Assembly: GCF_018977255.1 (NCBI RefSeq) | Contig: NW_024704742.1 | Span: forward strand, 44,084,001 to 44,148,000 | Direction of reading: 5' to 3' | Length of the DNA stretch: 64,000 nucleotides | From: Callorhinchus milii | Taxonomy: Eukaryota | In this document: positions 48,629-61,724 of the stretch, one piece after another | How positions within the stretch are numbered: position 1 is the stretch's first letter | Layout: each line of letters begins with the position of its first letter | Position numbers and translations under genes: made by a program | Notes under the pieces: model-generated | Databases searched by the model: none | Told to the model about the DNA's origin: nothing | What the model saw: only the letters and a program-made list of their open reading frames with translations

Positions 48629-51204
48629 GTATGTTTTCTAAATATGTCTATATATTACTGGCCTGGTGAGATCTACTTGCAATTGTGTATAGATTTCTCT
48701 CCCCTCTTTCTTGTGCTTTGAATATTTCAGAATTTTTGGAGAAAACAATAATACGTTGTTTACTTTCTATGGGTTTTGTTTTGAATCTGCCACCCACTGC
48801 TCAAGAGAGGAAGCTACTTTATTTCTTTTATTACTTTTATGAGCTGATTACTGGGAGATGCAGAAGATCGGTCAAGGATAGACCATCCTTTTTTTGTTTC
48901 CACGTGAAGAGACACAAAGCTTCTGTTCATCCCTAAAGTGGATTTGAAATTGGGGCACAGCTGACTGAAGGACAGAATATTGCGTCCTTCTATGCTGTAC
49001 ATACTCTGTAGTGTGCCATCCAACCGTCGGGGCAAGTAAACATTTTAAATAGCACTTTATAAATAGGTGAAAGGTAAGATTCCTTTGATCATTTCCTTCA
49101 AAAGAAGATTGATGATGGTTACCATAGCTTCAGATCACACCTCAAAAACAGATGAAAGGTGATCATAGATGCCCACAATTCTCATTAGCTGATTTATAAC
49201 TAATTGGTGACAATCGTAAATTTAGCTTTTTTTTGAACTTTTCCCCACTATTTTCAAGCCAAGACAAGTATTTTTGTGGCAGAAAAATGAGACGCTGTTT
49301 ATTTTGAAGCTCTTCGATCCCGTTATAATGTTGAATTTATAACTTAGAGCCTCAAGCCCCATAATTTTGTTTGGTGCAATTCTCTAAACTCTTTGGGACA
49401 CATCAATAAGGGTACATTTTGCATACAGTGTTTTAAATATGACCTCTTCAGTGAACTGTATGCAGCAGAATAACTTATTTTGATGTATAGCCAATACTTT
49501 TGAGATACATTGTGGTATTTGATTGAATTTTGTGGAAAACATCACATTGACAGAACATTTCATTGAATAATCAATAATCTCATTCTTCCTTTCTTTTCCA
49601 CCTCTGCCAATTGACGCTCATTCATTTGTGTGTACGCATTTCATGTTTACTGTTCCATTGTGCATTATCCTGCAATTATGTAAAAATTCATTTGCAGTTC
49701 CTCTGTGTTTATTTGGTCCAGATCCTTTGAATGTTCAGAATCATTCAGCACAAATTAAATATCTTTTGTAATTAATATGTTTAAATTACTCAGTCAATGT
49801 TAATAATACTGTAAAACATACACTATGGCTGTTACCTGAGTAACTGCAAAAAGTTATAAATCCATTTTTCAACAGAAGTCTATTCTTAGATAGATTCCGA
49901 GTGGCATTGCTGTTGACTGACTGATTTCATTTTAAATTTTTCATTTTTTAAAAAAATAAAAGTTAGCCCAAGTAGCGTGGATGTTATTGGAAATGTATTA
50001 CTCTTAAATCTTGGTAGTTTACACATTTAATGATATTTTGTTAAACACAAAGCAGCATATTTTAATTCCTGAATTTATCCCCATTAACGTTTGAGTAAAG
50101 TTTCTAAACTACATCACTATGCATCCATTAAGGAAAAGGCAAACTTCAGTAAAGTGACATAGCCAATACTTGAGCTTACATCTTTAAATATTGTAATATT
50201 GTAATGTATTCTTGTTCTAACTGGGACATGGTTTTGCCAGCACTTTTCCACAATTGCTGCCAAATAGAATATAAATTGCAACTTACATTAAATATATCTA
50301 GCTTAGCCATGAGTGACTATAGTGGTTCAACCCAGAGTAATTATTATGAATATTTAATCCTGTACGTGAGACTCTTTAGATGCAGGAACGTAGTATTATC
50401 TGTATAATGTATGGACTACTTATTGCTTGATGAGCTTTCTAGTCTTTGTCCTTTCTACAAGCAGCTTTGCTTTCATTTTAGATTCAACTCCTTATATTAC
50501 GTTTTTATCATTTCTGACCTATTCCTGCTCCTTTCAGATTTGACATCTCCGGACTTTTCTGAAGCATAATCATATCTTTCTCCCAACACCCTCTTCTGTA
50601 CCATCAGTAATACATGAACAGAACTCACCAATGATCGTAACTATTTCATTTTCACAGCACAGAGCTGAGATTTATTTATCTGACCTAGTTAATTCCTTCT
50701 TAATCAGACAAAAGTGACCAAAACAATTTATGAGGGAGCAAAAGTTAATTTGATCTAATGAATTGTTTTATTTATTGCATGTCATGTCACTTTTCAAGAA
50801 GGTGTTTTGGCTTTGGTTTACAGTACTGATAATGCCAACACTTTGAATGTGACATAGTGGTGGTACTATGATAGTGTACAGTATATAATGAATTATTGTG
50901 TCTGACTCCACTACAACATTTTCACTGTTCACAGTTTTTTTTATTTTAAGTGCTCTGAGACGCTACCCTGTGGGAAGGGCGCTATATAAATGCAAGTTGT
51001 TGTTCAGGAGAAGCCCACTGTAGCTATGTGGTTCGTTTCTTCTTGGTGCTGAAACTAACTTATCACAGCAGTGATGTAACAAGAGATTGTAAATATTAGT
51101 ACAATACTACTGTGGCCTGAATTAGTCATTTTCCCTTTGGTGCTTCTTCATATATACATTTTTAATCATTCTTTCTCAACAACAAATCTTTTTCTACAAA
51201 TGAA

Positions 51205-51340
51205 TACAGTCAAACCTATTCAAATAACCACCTCCATTCAGCAACCACCCCCTATTAAACACCCTGGAACAGCTCAGACAGCCAGGTTCGCACTCCAACA
51301 AACCCTTGCTCAGAGACCACCTTTATATAAAGGCCACTTT
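51205..51340 (+). mobile_element. Possible pogo/Tigger-like DNA transposon end
   Basis: TA-cagtcaaacct start with repeated accacc subterminal motifs; partner end not clearly found. Confidence 0.45.
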
Positions 51341-52086
51341 AGCTGAGTACCCTGAGGGGTTGTTGAAGCTAAAGCTATGTGCAATTTTGAGCCTTTGATG
51401 TCCACACAAGAATACTGTTCAGCATTTGTCACTGCATTAGGTGTGGGAACTCTTGATTTTTTTTCCCTTTCCTCCAGAACAGGGGAACTGTAGTCCACGG
51501 TACCATGTTTGCTGCTGCCTCAGCTAATTTCAGTTAATTTCACTTAGTAAATGAATCAGTTCTGTTTGGCTCAGTTACATCATCAGACAGCGAGCCTGAC
51601 CGAGATGTGAACTTGCCATATTCAACCTATGTCATGATACTTTTGTGGCATAGTGTGTTAACCGTGTGCCAAAAGCTACCCAAAATGGATCTCAATGAAA
51701 TACTTTCCATTTTGGTTGAGGATTGGGCAATCTATGGTCCAAATATCACCTTCCTAATCTGGAAAGTACAACTCGAGCTGCACCAGTGCGACATTTTCCA
51801 TTTAGCACACCAGGTATCCTAAGAGAGTTTGTCAGCGTAGTCCAGGGTTTTCTGTCGTGAGCCCTAATTCACTGGGGACACGGTTGATATTTTCATTCAT
51901 TTCACACAAAACCATTATAGCCAATGTAAATGCTCAATCCTTCAGCCTGCTGCTTTTGAACTGAGGTCTCTTGCTTAAAAGCCCTTTGCTGTGTAATTCT
52001 TTTCCAACATTTGGAAGTATACAATGATGTATTGTTCCAAACTGTAACTCTGACGGGTTCTAATTGTAAATCTTTTCCATACACAG

Positions 52087-52162
52087 CCTTCCCCCACCTT
52101 CTCATCCGTCTGCCCCAATTGAGCACATTAAGGAAGCATTGGCATACATGAGGCGAGCACAG
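52087..52162 (+). CDS. TBC1D19: TBC1D19 exon 4 (76 bp)
   Basis: acacag acceptor; LPPPSHPSAPIEHIKEALAYMRRAQ; CAG|gtttgt. Confidence 0.92.
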
Positions 52163-52778
52163 GTTTGTTTAAAATGATTTTTGAAAACTAGTTAGCTGTC
52201 CCTAAAAGATCACGTTGTAGTACAGAGTATGAAAATTATTTGACATGGTATAGGAGACTAACTGGGTTGAGTGATTTAAAAATTATGAACTTTCCAAAGA
52301 ATTGTTGAATTTCAGAAGATATTTTTTCATATTGAAAAACTTCTCAGCAAAAACTTGTTTTACCTGTAATAACTCTTTTAACATTGCTGTATAGTGTATT
52401 CAATCAGAGTTTGCCATGTGATGAACGTACATAGAAAAATTTTGCATCTTGGAATTGGATAGCTGTGGATATCATTGTCAGTGTTTCTTTGGCCTAATCT
52501 GCATTCCCTAATTAATCTTGTTACCTTTAACAAGAAAGGTGATTTTCCTCCTTTTACCCACCATCACACATATCCAATCTATTATTTTTACTGTAATGTA
52601 ATTTTTATTACATGGATGTGTTGTAGTAGTATTGGTTTTTCACACTGACATTGCAAACCTGATCATTTACCTCAATAGTTTTTTTTTCCTTTGGTGTTAA
52701 ACTTTGTGGTAAGCCTTTAGCAAACCGAGAACAGCCAAGTGAATGCTTAACTAGACCAACACTGTTACCATCTTGTAA

Positions 52779-53151
52779 TGGAATCCTGTAGCTCAGTGGT
52801 TAGAGCACTCACCTCACAAGAGAGAGATCTGGGTTCGATTCCCAGCAGGGTGAAATGTTGGACAAGTTTCCTTACTCCACATGCCTCTGTTTACCAAGCA
52901 GTAAGTAGGAACCCAGTTGTTAGTAGATTGGTGGATCGCTTTTCCGGGAGTAATAATTCCTTCAAAAAAAATAAAAATAATAATAAATTGGTCACTTCAA
53001 TCCATGACTGTTTGTGGGACATTGCTGTATGCCGAGTTTTGTGCGCAAAATATACAGTCAATTCACTTTGCAGTATATCCTGTGAAGGGCTTTGAGACGT
53101 CTTGAAGATGTGATAAGGTACTATATCAAATGCAAGGATTATTATTATTAT
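52779..53151 (+). mobile_element. tRNA-derived SINE, long subfamily, TBC1D19 intron 4
   Basis: Head with GGTTCGATTCC B box, extra central segment, family tail. Confidence 0.9.
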
Positions 53152-54071
53152 CTTGCAGGTTAAAAACGCATTGATTCAGTAAAGTATCATTCTGCGCAGT
53201 CCAGCTATTATAAAAATGCAGTCATCAAAAGTAATAACTTGGAGTGTTTTGATCCATTAAAATTATAATCTATGTAAAAGAAGATTATATATTTGAGTAA
53301 TATAGTGTCTGAGCAAAAAGATCCAGTAGGAACTAAATGAGCTTTTCTATGTGACAGATGTGAAATAATTATACTAACAGCAAAAGCAATGGCAAGAAAT
53401 AGATTGATGCTACATTTTAGACAAATAAACAGAGATATATGCCTTTCTAAAGTAACATGCAAATTTTAGTGATTACCCTGAGAACTGATTATCTTAGATA
53501 AAAACACATACAGTAATTTGGTAAAAAGCTGCAAAATGAAAGTAGTTTTTAGATTCCCTTCTTGGCCAAACAAAGCCTGTAACAGTTTAGTTAATTCTTA
53601 GTGATAACATCACTGAATAAAATATGCATGTAGTAAGGTGCTATATCAAATGCAAGGATTATATTTATATTGTATGTAAAATGCCTTATTGATGTTTGTG
53701 GATTCAGAAATTAATTTCTGTAATGTCTATTCTGTTTCTTGGCCTAATGCTTTTTCTCGTAGCTAATTTTTTAAAAAAAGTCTAGATTTTACTTTCCGTG
53801 CCAACCCCACAGCTATTCAGGTTAATTTAAGCTCTCTTACATCTACTAAGGTAGCTGAATTCATCCCTCAGCAGAGATCAGCTCATCTAAAGGAATCTGG
53901 GGATCAAAAATCAAAATGTTGAAAAGTAATCCATGCATGGTAGGTCTCTTGAATGATGAATAACAAAGAAAGCTTATATACACTGAATGCTGGTTGGAGT
54001 TATTGATCTGCATACTTCTATGATGATCATCAGTTCTGCTTCTGAAATATTAATATTGTCCTTTTCCTCAG

Positions 54072-54146
54072 GTCTATTGGGAGAAACGTGTTCTGAAAAG
54101 TTTGAATAGTATGTGCACAGAGCTGAATATCCCTCTAGCACAAAAG
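54072..54146 (+). CDS. TBC1D19: TBC1D19 exon 5 (75 bp)
   Basis: cctcag acceptor; VYWEKRVLKSLNSMCTELNIPLAQK; AAG|gtaagg. Confidence 0.95.
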
Positions 54147-54287
54147 GTAAGGAGCAACTCAACTATCTCAGTTAACATACGCACTGTGGAACTTCATATT
54201 CTGCCACTGTTAGTAAAGTGACAATATTGGAAACTTGTGAGGAATTTGTTGAGTTATTATGGTAAATTTTGCCCTCTTGCCATACAG

Positions 54288-54351
54288 CGATCCTTAGACG
54301 ACCAGAAAGAACTTTTGAACAAATGGAATGAGATGGGCACTGATGAACCAG
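54288..54351 (+). CDS. TBC1D19: TBC1D19 exon 6 (64 bp)
   Basis: catacag acceptor; RSLDDQKELLNKWNEMGTDEP; G|gtatat. Confidence 0.95.
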
Positions 54352-54971
54352 GTATATGTTGATTAATATTTTTTAAAAGTGAGCTTTAAGATAATTATCA
54401 GCTTTCTTCATTGATCTGCCTGCAGTAGTATTGAATAATTTGTATATTAAAGAAACTTAACAGATATTTATGAAAAATGGTCTCAATGTAGGTGATTTAA
54501 ACTATTTTGTTCGATCTTTACTTTCGAGTTTATTTTAATAATTACTTTTTTTTATTACATGCAAAGCAGTATGGTTCCAGCAACATCAGTTCCAATAATA
54601 TCTGGGATTACTGATGGTTTTGAGTCTAGTCTTTTGATTTATGTGGAAAATAGAACTTTCTTTCCGGAAGATTATGAGGCAGCACAAAGGAATATGAAAG
54701 AAGTCACCTCCACAAGGAGGGGAGCATAGAATTCTGGTAATGCAGTTAGGAAGATGGTTGGGGCAGAGCAAATGAGATCCTACTGAGCTGGGTTCGCTGT
54801 GCGCTAATGTGCGGTGCGGTAAAGCAGCTTAATTTTTATATACTTAATTCTGAATGTGTTTTTTGGACTGATGATTATTTCTGCGTAAGGTGGAGGATTT
54901 CAGTTCTGGGAAATGGAGTTATTGTGCATTATTGCACTGACTACCATCAACAGACAATCCCAAGTCCTGGA

Positions 54972-55286
54972 GTGGAGTCCTGTAGCTCATTGGTTAGAGC
55001 ACTCGCCTCGCAAGCGAGACACCTGTGTTCAATTCTAGGCAGGGTGAAACCTTGGGCAACTTTCCTTACTCCACACGCCTAATAATAATCCCTCCAAAAA
55101 CAAAAACAATAGTTAATTGGTCATTTTCAATCCACGACTGTTTGTGGGACACTTCTGTGTGCAATTGGCTGCCGCATTTCGCCCACAAATATATGGTCAA
55201 TTCACCTTACAGTCTATTCTGTGAAGTGCATTGAGATGTCGAGAAGACGTGAAAAGTGCTATATCAAATGCAAGGATTATTATTAT
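54972..55286 (+). mobile_element. tRNA-derived SINE, short subfamily, TBC1D19 intron 6
   Basis: Full match to the family. Confidence 0.92.
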
Positions 55287-56475
55287 AAGTCGATAGAAAC
55301 AAGACTTAAATTCAGGCAAACTCTCGTACTACTCAAGAATATGAAGATCCCCACCATACTGATCTTTGTATTTTCTGCTCTAGTTATTCTTATTTTTTTA
55401 AATAGTGAGAATACCTTTTAATGCCCAACTTTGGGCAATTAATTGCTGTTTATTTATCCTACTGGGAAGTTCAGAAGACTGTCCCAACTACTTTTCACTT
55501 GGGACCTGCCAGAATCAAACCTAGATCTTGTTCTTAATGTGTATTTGTGTATTGTATATTACACCCCCCAATAGCTCCCACCTCTAACTCGGGTACCCAG
55601 CCTGCTAAACACTTTGAGATGCACTCCCAATGTGAAAGGCGCCACATAACAACAACAACAAAATTACATTTATATAGCGCCTTTCACGCCAGGAGTATAA
55701 TTAGTTTTGCATTGAACTGATTTTTTTAAAATATCTGTACTGTATGCTTTTTTATTTCATTTCAAATTTATAACAAATGTATTAAATTCTCTAAATGCTC
55801 AGTCCAAAGACTGCTTGTACATGGTCTGTTCCACAACTGTGCAACACAATTTGTTTTGATGAAACCTTTGATGAGTTAATTGCTCCACAGAAAATTGAGT
55901 GTTTTCTCTGCAAAAATAAACTAAAGGAAAACTAAACAAATCACTGGACATGTGCAAGCTGCATACTGTACCCATACTTGGAAGGAAAGAAAAGTTGTGG
56001 GAGTACCTTGTGATCAGAGTCTCAGCTACATAACAAAATTATCTAGTTTTCATTTCTTGGGACCTGCCTGCTCAGCTGCCAGACAATTTCAGTAGACATG
56101 TATGCTTGGGAGTAGATCCATTTCAGATCAATTGGACAGGGGGGGAATCTGATCTGGGAAAGCATTGTGGACTACCTCAGTACCTGGCTGCTGTTGTGTT
56201 TTTCCAGGTTAGAACAGAGTTTGATTTGTTCTGAAGCAAGCCCCCCTCTCCCCTCCCCACCACATAAACCTAAATAGAATTGCTATGGATAGAGCTGATT
56301 TTGCACTACAGCATAATTCTTCAGATCTGAAGACACTGGAACGTCAGCTGTTAAATGTTAATGCAGATTTAAAATTGCCTTGTAAATGACGCAGCTTGTA
56401 ATGTTTGTTATATTTTTGTGCTACATCTTCAAAACTAGCATCTAAGATGTACCTGTGTTTTATGCGCTTTTCTAG

Positions 56476-56522
56476 ATCTGAGCCAATTCCGACCAGTTTA
56501 TGCTCCTAAAGATTTTTTAGAG
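56476..56522 (+). CDS. TBC1D19: TBC1D19 exon 7 (47 bp)
   Basis: ttttctag acceptor; DLSQFRPVYAPKDFLE; GAG|gtaaaa. Confidence 0.95.
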
Positions 56523-56739
56523 GTAAAATTTTCCACTTTGTTTAATCTTCTAATCTTCAATTGTATCATTGAATATAGAGTGGTTTGTTATTTCAGGTGA
56601 TATATTGCATTCTGCATGATTGCATTTTTGGCATTTTGTATGAAACATGAAGTAGGTGAAAAATAGTGAACAAAAACAAGATTTCTTTTTTATTGTGTCT
56701 CTTTGCTTGAACTATTTGATAATGCAAATCTTATTTTAG

Positions 56740-56850
56740 GTGCTGATTAATCTTCGTAATCCAAATTATGATATTGGTGATCAAAATGGATTGTGCAGTA
56801 ACTGGGGTTTAATCAACATTCCTTTGCCAGTAAAAGGCCTTCCTGAGCTG
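56740..56850 (+). CDS. TBC1D19: TBC1D19 exon 8 (111 bp)
   Basis: attttag acceptor; VLINLRNPNYDIGDQNGLCSNWGLINIPLPVKGLPEL; CTG|gtaagt. Confidence 0.94.
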
Positions 56851-57089
56851 GTAAGTAACATTTTTCTATCTTAAACGTTTTTGGAAATTAGTGATTTCCG
56901 TTAACAATAAATGAAAAAAGACTTTAAAAATACAAAGGTCACTATTTGGAGAAATCAAGCATTACTATTAGAATTGCGGATTTGCTTCAGTAAGATTTTT
57001 GACTGCAGAGGTAAACCTGCCTCAAGCTCTAGAACAGGTTCCGTTGAGGCAGGTTGTGTCTAATAGACATTTTGTTTTATTGTACAAAG

Positions 57090-57162
57090 AGGGAACTGTT
57101 TGCTGAACTTGGTTTAAACTATGGACAGCTTGGCATAGATGACTCAATACAGATCCCCACTG
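57090..57162 (+). CDS. TBC1D19: TBC1D19 exon 9 (73 bp)
   Basis: acaaag acceptor (AAG type); RELFAELGLNYGQLGIDDSIQIPT; G|gtaagt. Confidence 0.92.
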
Positions 57163-57689
57163 GTAAGTCCTTGCAACTGTTGAATATTTGTTGTGCTTTT
57201 GATGAATGACAGATATTAGGCTTACTGTAATTTACAGGAGAATATATTTAGGCTTGCTGGTCTTTGGTTTTAATTGGTAATAATTGGAATTTCTCCTATT
57301 TTCCCTAAAATAAGGAAAATTAGTTCCCATCGTTAAACTCTTTTTCCCTTTTTTCAAATCAAGTTTTGAAGTATAAAATGGGAACCTTTTGGGTTGCCAC
57401 AGTACGTAGGAAGTGACCTCCATGGCGAACTTACGCTTTGGAAATCAGCCATTTTTGTAGTCAACGTTCTCTAAAAATCAAAAAAACAAACAAAAATCAG
57501 GGTAAAATAAATTTCTATCGTCCGCTTAAAAAGGCAAAGTAAACATATGTTGGGTTTTCTTCATTACTACATGATTGTCAGTGCGAGCATTGCCAGCGAA
57601 TATAAGCTTTCATCATGTGGGTGGATAAAACTTATATCTCTCTTACAAGAAAACTAGATAAAATGAGTTTGATCATTAATATCAAACTT

Positions 57690-58200
57690 TACTCTTTCTC
57701 CCCCCTCCATACACATGGTGCCAGACTTCTCATCCTACATAGATACACAATGCCTGTCCTCTGTCTCCTCCACACATCCAGTATCTGCATTCACAGACTC
57801 CTCGACCTACAGTGCCTTTTCTTCTTTCTCCTCAACACACACAATACCTGCCTTTCTCTGCCCACAAACAGACACATACACACAGAATTTCAGGCCTTCT
57901 CTGTCTTTCCATGCACAATGCCAGTCTTTGTGTGTGTGTGTCTCATATGAACACACCCAATACATATCCAGTTCTAGCCTTTGAACTTCTCTTCCATATT
58001 CCTTTGCTCCTCTCTACACACAGTGCCAACCTTTGTCTCTCTTTCTCCCACATACTTCTCTTTGCCATGGAAAAATTCCCTCCTCTCCCCCACGAAAACA
58101 ATGCCAGGTCTTCTCTCTTTCTCACATACAAGCAATCCTGCTTTGTCTCCCCACACACTTTGCCTTTCTCCCCCACGCACTAAGTGCCAGTCTTTCTATA
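57690..58200. repeat. Degenerate CT/CA-rich low-complexity tract in TBC1D19 intron 9
   Basis: Pyrimidine/CA-biased sequence with recurring acacaatgcc / ctttctct motifs. Confidence 0.6.
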
Positions 58201-58336
58201 TAAAACACTGTATCATATATTTGTGAATGCATACACCTTTGCACATGCACCTTGAAGAATTTATGTAAAGAATAATTGCAAGCTCAATGATAGATTCTCA
58301 TTGCAAAATCCCAACATGTTGGCCTCCCGACATGAA

Positions 58337-58655
58337 GTGGAGTCCTGTAGCTCAGTGGTTAGAGCACTCGCTTTGCAAGCGAGAGACCTGAGTTCAATTC
58401 CAGACAGGGCGAAACCTTGGGCAAGTTTGCTTACTCCACACGCCTAATAATAATCCCTCCAAAACCCAAAAAAAACAATAATAAATTGGTCATTTTCAAT
58501 CTACGACTGTTTGTGGGACATTGCTGTGCGCAATTGGCTGCCGCGTTCGCCCACAAATATACAGTCAATTCACTTTACAGTGTGTTCTGTGAAGCACTTT
58601 GGGACGTCCTCCCGACGTGAAAAGCGCTATATCAAATGCAAGGATTATTATTATT
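58337..58655 (+). mobile_element. tRNA-derived SINE, short subfamily, TBC1D19 intron 9
   Basis: Full match; interrupts an L2-type tail. Confidence 0.93.
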
Positions 58656-58997
58656 GTATTATTGTGAAAGGCGCTATACAAATGTAATGTTGTTGTTGTT
58701 GTGTTTAGATAGTGATTTGCTCTTTGTCCATTCTATGTTTCAGTGTTTGCTTTGCCAGAACATAGTTTGCACTAAATATGACTGACCATAATGCAGTAGT
58801 CCTGTTTTGAAAGAATTATTTGCAGAATTATTTCTACAGCCATTTATGTATAAAAGCAATGTTTACTGATTTACATATCAAATAATTTAGCTTATGGTAT
58901 TATGAGGTATAGCTATCAGTTAAACAGTCCTATGGAAATGTTTAAATATTCTGTTATTAACTAACCTAACAAAATTTTACTGAACGATTTCTTGCAG

Positions 58998-59036
58998 ATT
59001 TGTTTGAAAGTGACCACGTACGTCTTGGGCAAAAAG
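58998..59036 (+). CDS. TBC1D19: TBC1D19 exon 10 (39 bp)
   Basis: cttgcag acceptor; DLFESDHVRLGQK; G|gtaaga. Confidence 0.92.
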
Positions 59037-60868
59037 GTAAGAGTGAGTACACAGGGAAACAGTTAATAGTTTTATTGACTGCAAAGACTAGTGAATTTTT
59101 TCCCCCTCTTATCAAGTTCCTGATTTGAAAGGATTTTCAGGGGGTGCTGATGCAAGGAAGCCAAACATTTCGCGTAAAGAAGGTGGAGACGCGAGTGAGT
59201 CAATCAAGCAGCAGGCTTTCATAGCTTAATAACGATAGTTCAGGCACTACTCATTTTCCTGCTTTTGAGAATTCTGTATTTTATAAGCAGAGCCAAATTG
59301 AAAAATGGTGAATATAGAGGGAAAGAGTTGATGAATTCAACATTTCTTAAAGATCTCTATTACTTTTCCATCCATGAATCAACAGTTTTTGATTGATGTA
59401 ATTGAAAACCTCCAATTATAGAGAGGCTGTCCAAGAGTATTCTTAATTATTATTATAGCACTCACTAAGAGTGAGTTTCTTGATAGAATTTCCAATTGGA
59501 CAATTTTCTCATGATTAAATAAATGTAGGTCAACCTCAGATTACTCATATGAGCCTGCTTGTTATATTGGAATATTGAATTATAAAGGTTGGGAGAAGTA
59601 GGATATTAATTTTAGGCAGTTTTTATATGTTATTAGCTTTGGGGAAGGGAGGAAAGAAAACAACACTTGGCAATGAAATACTTCTTTTTTCACACCTCTT
59701 GATAGCAGCAGCTAGTGCTAAGCCTGCCCTGTATATGAAGACAACATGGTTATTATTTTCACTTGGATTACACAGTCTGGCATGAAATATGTTTAATCAC
59801 GCTAGAATAATGATCTATCTTTACTCCCATAAACTTCCTTGTTTGCCTTTTTCTAACTGCACAGCCACCTTTAAAGATTCATGTATCTACATTCCTAAAT
59901 CTGTCTGTTTCACAATATAATTTAGAACTATCCCATTTAGGGCATATTTAGGTTCTTTTTTCCCCAAAAACCTGTGCTACTTCACATTGTCAAAATGTTC
60001 CCCCAGTCCTATTTCAAAATCATTATTATAGATTGACAACAATAGTGATCCCATCACGTATCTCTGATGCACCCCTCTGACATTAACAGCCAATCTAAGA
60101 AACACCTAGTTACCCTTCTTCTCTGTCTCTATCTTTCAGAACCTCTATTTCGTCCCATTTACTTTTTAATACCATGTGTCTCAATATTCTCAACCAATCT
60201 TTTATGTGGCACCTTATCAAGTGCCTTCTGCTGATCCACGTTTATCTTGGTACAACTCCTATCCTAGATTGTTAACATATTCGCCTCTTGGTTGGAAAGT
60301 TGTGAAATTAACATCCACATTGGGACTTGAGCTAAAAATTAGGATGCTACATTCATTATTTGGGAAAATATTCAAATATAGAAGAGTTTATTTTAGTTTC
60401 CTAGCCAATAATTCCTTAGATTAATTGGCCATTGTCTATAATAGATCTTATGCGTAACCAAACAGAATTAAATTAGCATAATCAAAAGAGGCTGTCACAT
60501 GCGTCAAATTCAAAGTAACGCACAAACTAAAGGATAGATTTGTAAGGGTTTGCTGTTTGCAAACCAACTGTGTGGTTACCTACCAAAAAAGGTCATTGCA
60601 TTTGACAGTAATTAGTGTGAAACATTTTGAGATGTTTCAATATTATAGGCACTACAAAAATGCAAAGATTAATTAATTTCCTTTACTTACGATACTGAAG
60701 TGCTTTGTGATTACACAAGTTTAGTGTTTTAAGAGCCTGTGGCTGGCTTGTTACAGTTCCCTAATTATGTATCATTCTATTAGAAACGAATACTGTACTG
60801 CCATAACATATTAAAATAGATCTTGTGCAGCTTCCAGTTTACGATGTTAATACTTTGTTCACCTGTAG

Positions 60869-60981
60869 TTTTGTCTGAACAAGACAGTGCTGCAGCTCAA
60901 CAGTACATTCGCCAAGGCTGCCCAACAGGCCTGCGTGCTGACACGTGGGCTCTCATTTTAAACATCAGCAATCAAATGGAG
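60869..60981 (+). CDS. TBC1D19: TBC1D19 exon 11 (113 bp; approximately the start of the TBC/Rab-GAP domain); gene continues beyond the window
   Basis: cctgtag acceptor; VLSEQDSAAAQQYIRQGCPTGLRADTWALILNISNQME; GAG|gtaagt. Confidence 0.95.
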
Positions 60982-61724
60982 GTAAGTGACCACTGGTTTC
61001 ACTCCCTTTTCAGAATCTTGGTAAAGTAGTAAATAATTTCCACTGACAGATATGAAACCCATTTGTGCAGCATGTCTTTGTACCTTCCTGGATCTTGTTC
61101 ACCATTGCTAGGTGTCACTGCATTTTAATATGCAATGTTTCAGGATTGAGTGCCTTTATTCTTTTGGCTCAAAAGTGCTGATGTAGGCTGTTGAGACTGT
61201 CACATGTGTCAAATTCAAAGTAACATACAAACTAAAGGATAAGTTGACACATTTTTATGTCCTTCGATGTAATTTGGGATGTTTGCTAACCTACTGAAAT
61301 AGATCTTATGTGATACCAAGCAGAATTAAATTAGCATTGAGGTTAAAAACAGAGTTTCTTCACTTCAAAGTTTCGCTTCTGAGCTCTTAGCCAACTATTG
61401 AGTGCTTTTAACTATTTTTTGGTTGATGTGCTGGTTATCACCTGTGATAATATCATGTGCTGCAGTTTCGACATCTGCTTTTCACAATGCTTTTCACTGT
61501 AGAAATACCAAAATGCCTTCTCGATGTTTGCCACAGCATAGATGTGCTTTTGATAGTTATGAACAACATGATGGATACAGAACCAAAAAAGTCCTGATAC
61601 CTTTTATTTAAAAAAGGTGTTTATCATCCAGCATCTTATTTAAATAGCAAAGCTGCACTGGAACAGGATTCACCTCCTCTTTTAGTTACATTGTTCATTT
61701 ATACTATGGATTACTGTGATGAAC

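Noticed and set aside
58337..58412. tRNA-Ala(TGC)-like cloverleaf at SINE heads
   Set aside because: Imperfect T-arm, no downstream poly-T terminator, and it continues into the SINE body in about ten copies; not a tRNA gene
2825..58655. Recurrent short ORFs such as MGKFPYSTQSLIII and SSVVRALALQVRDL
   Set aside because: Chance reading frames inside SINE copies, not a gene family
61540..61600. Possible TBC1D19 exon 12 (SYEQH motif)
   Set aside because: Does not match the expected YYEQLK...QHDLLVDSLIYKDVK sequence and lacks good splice sites; exon 12 is probably beyond the window
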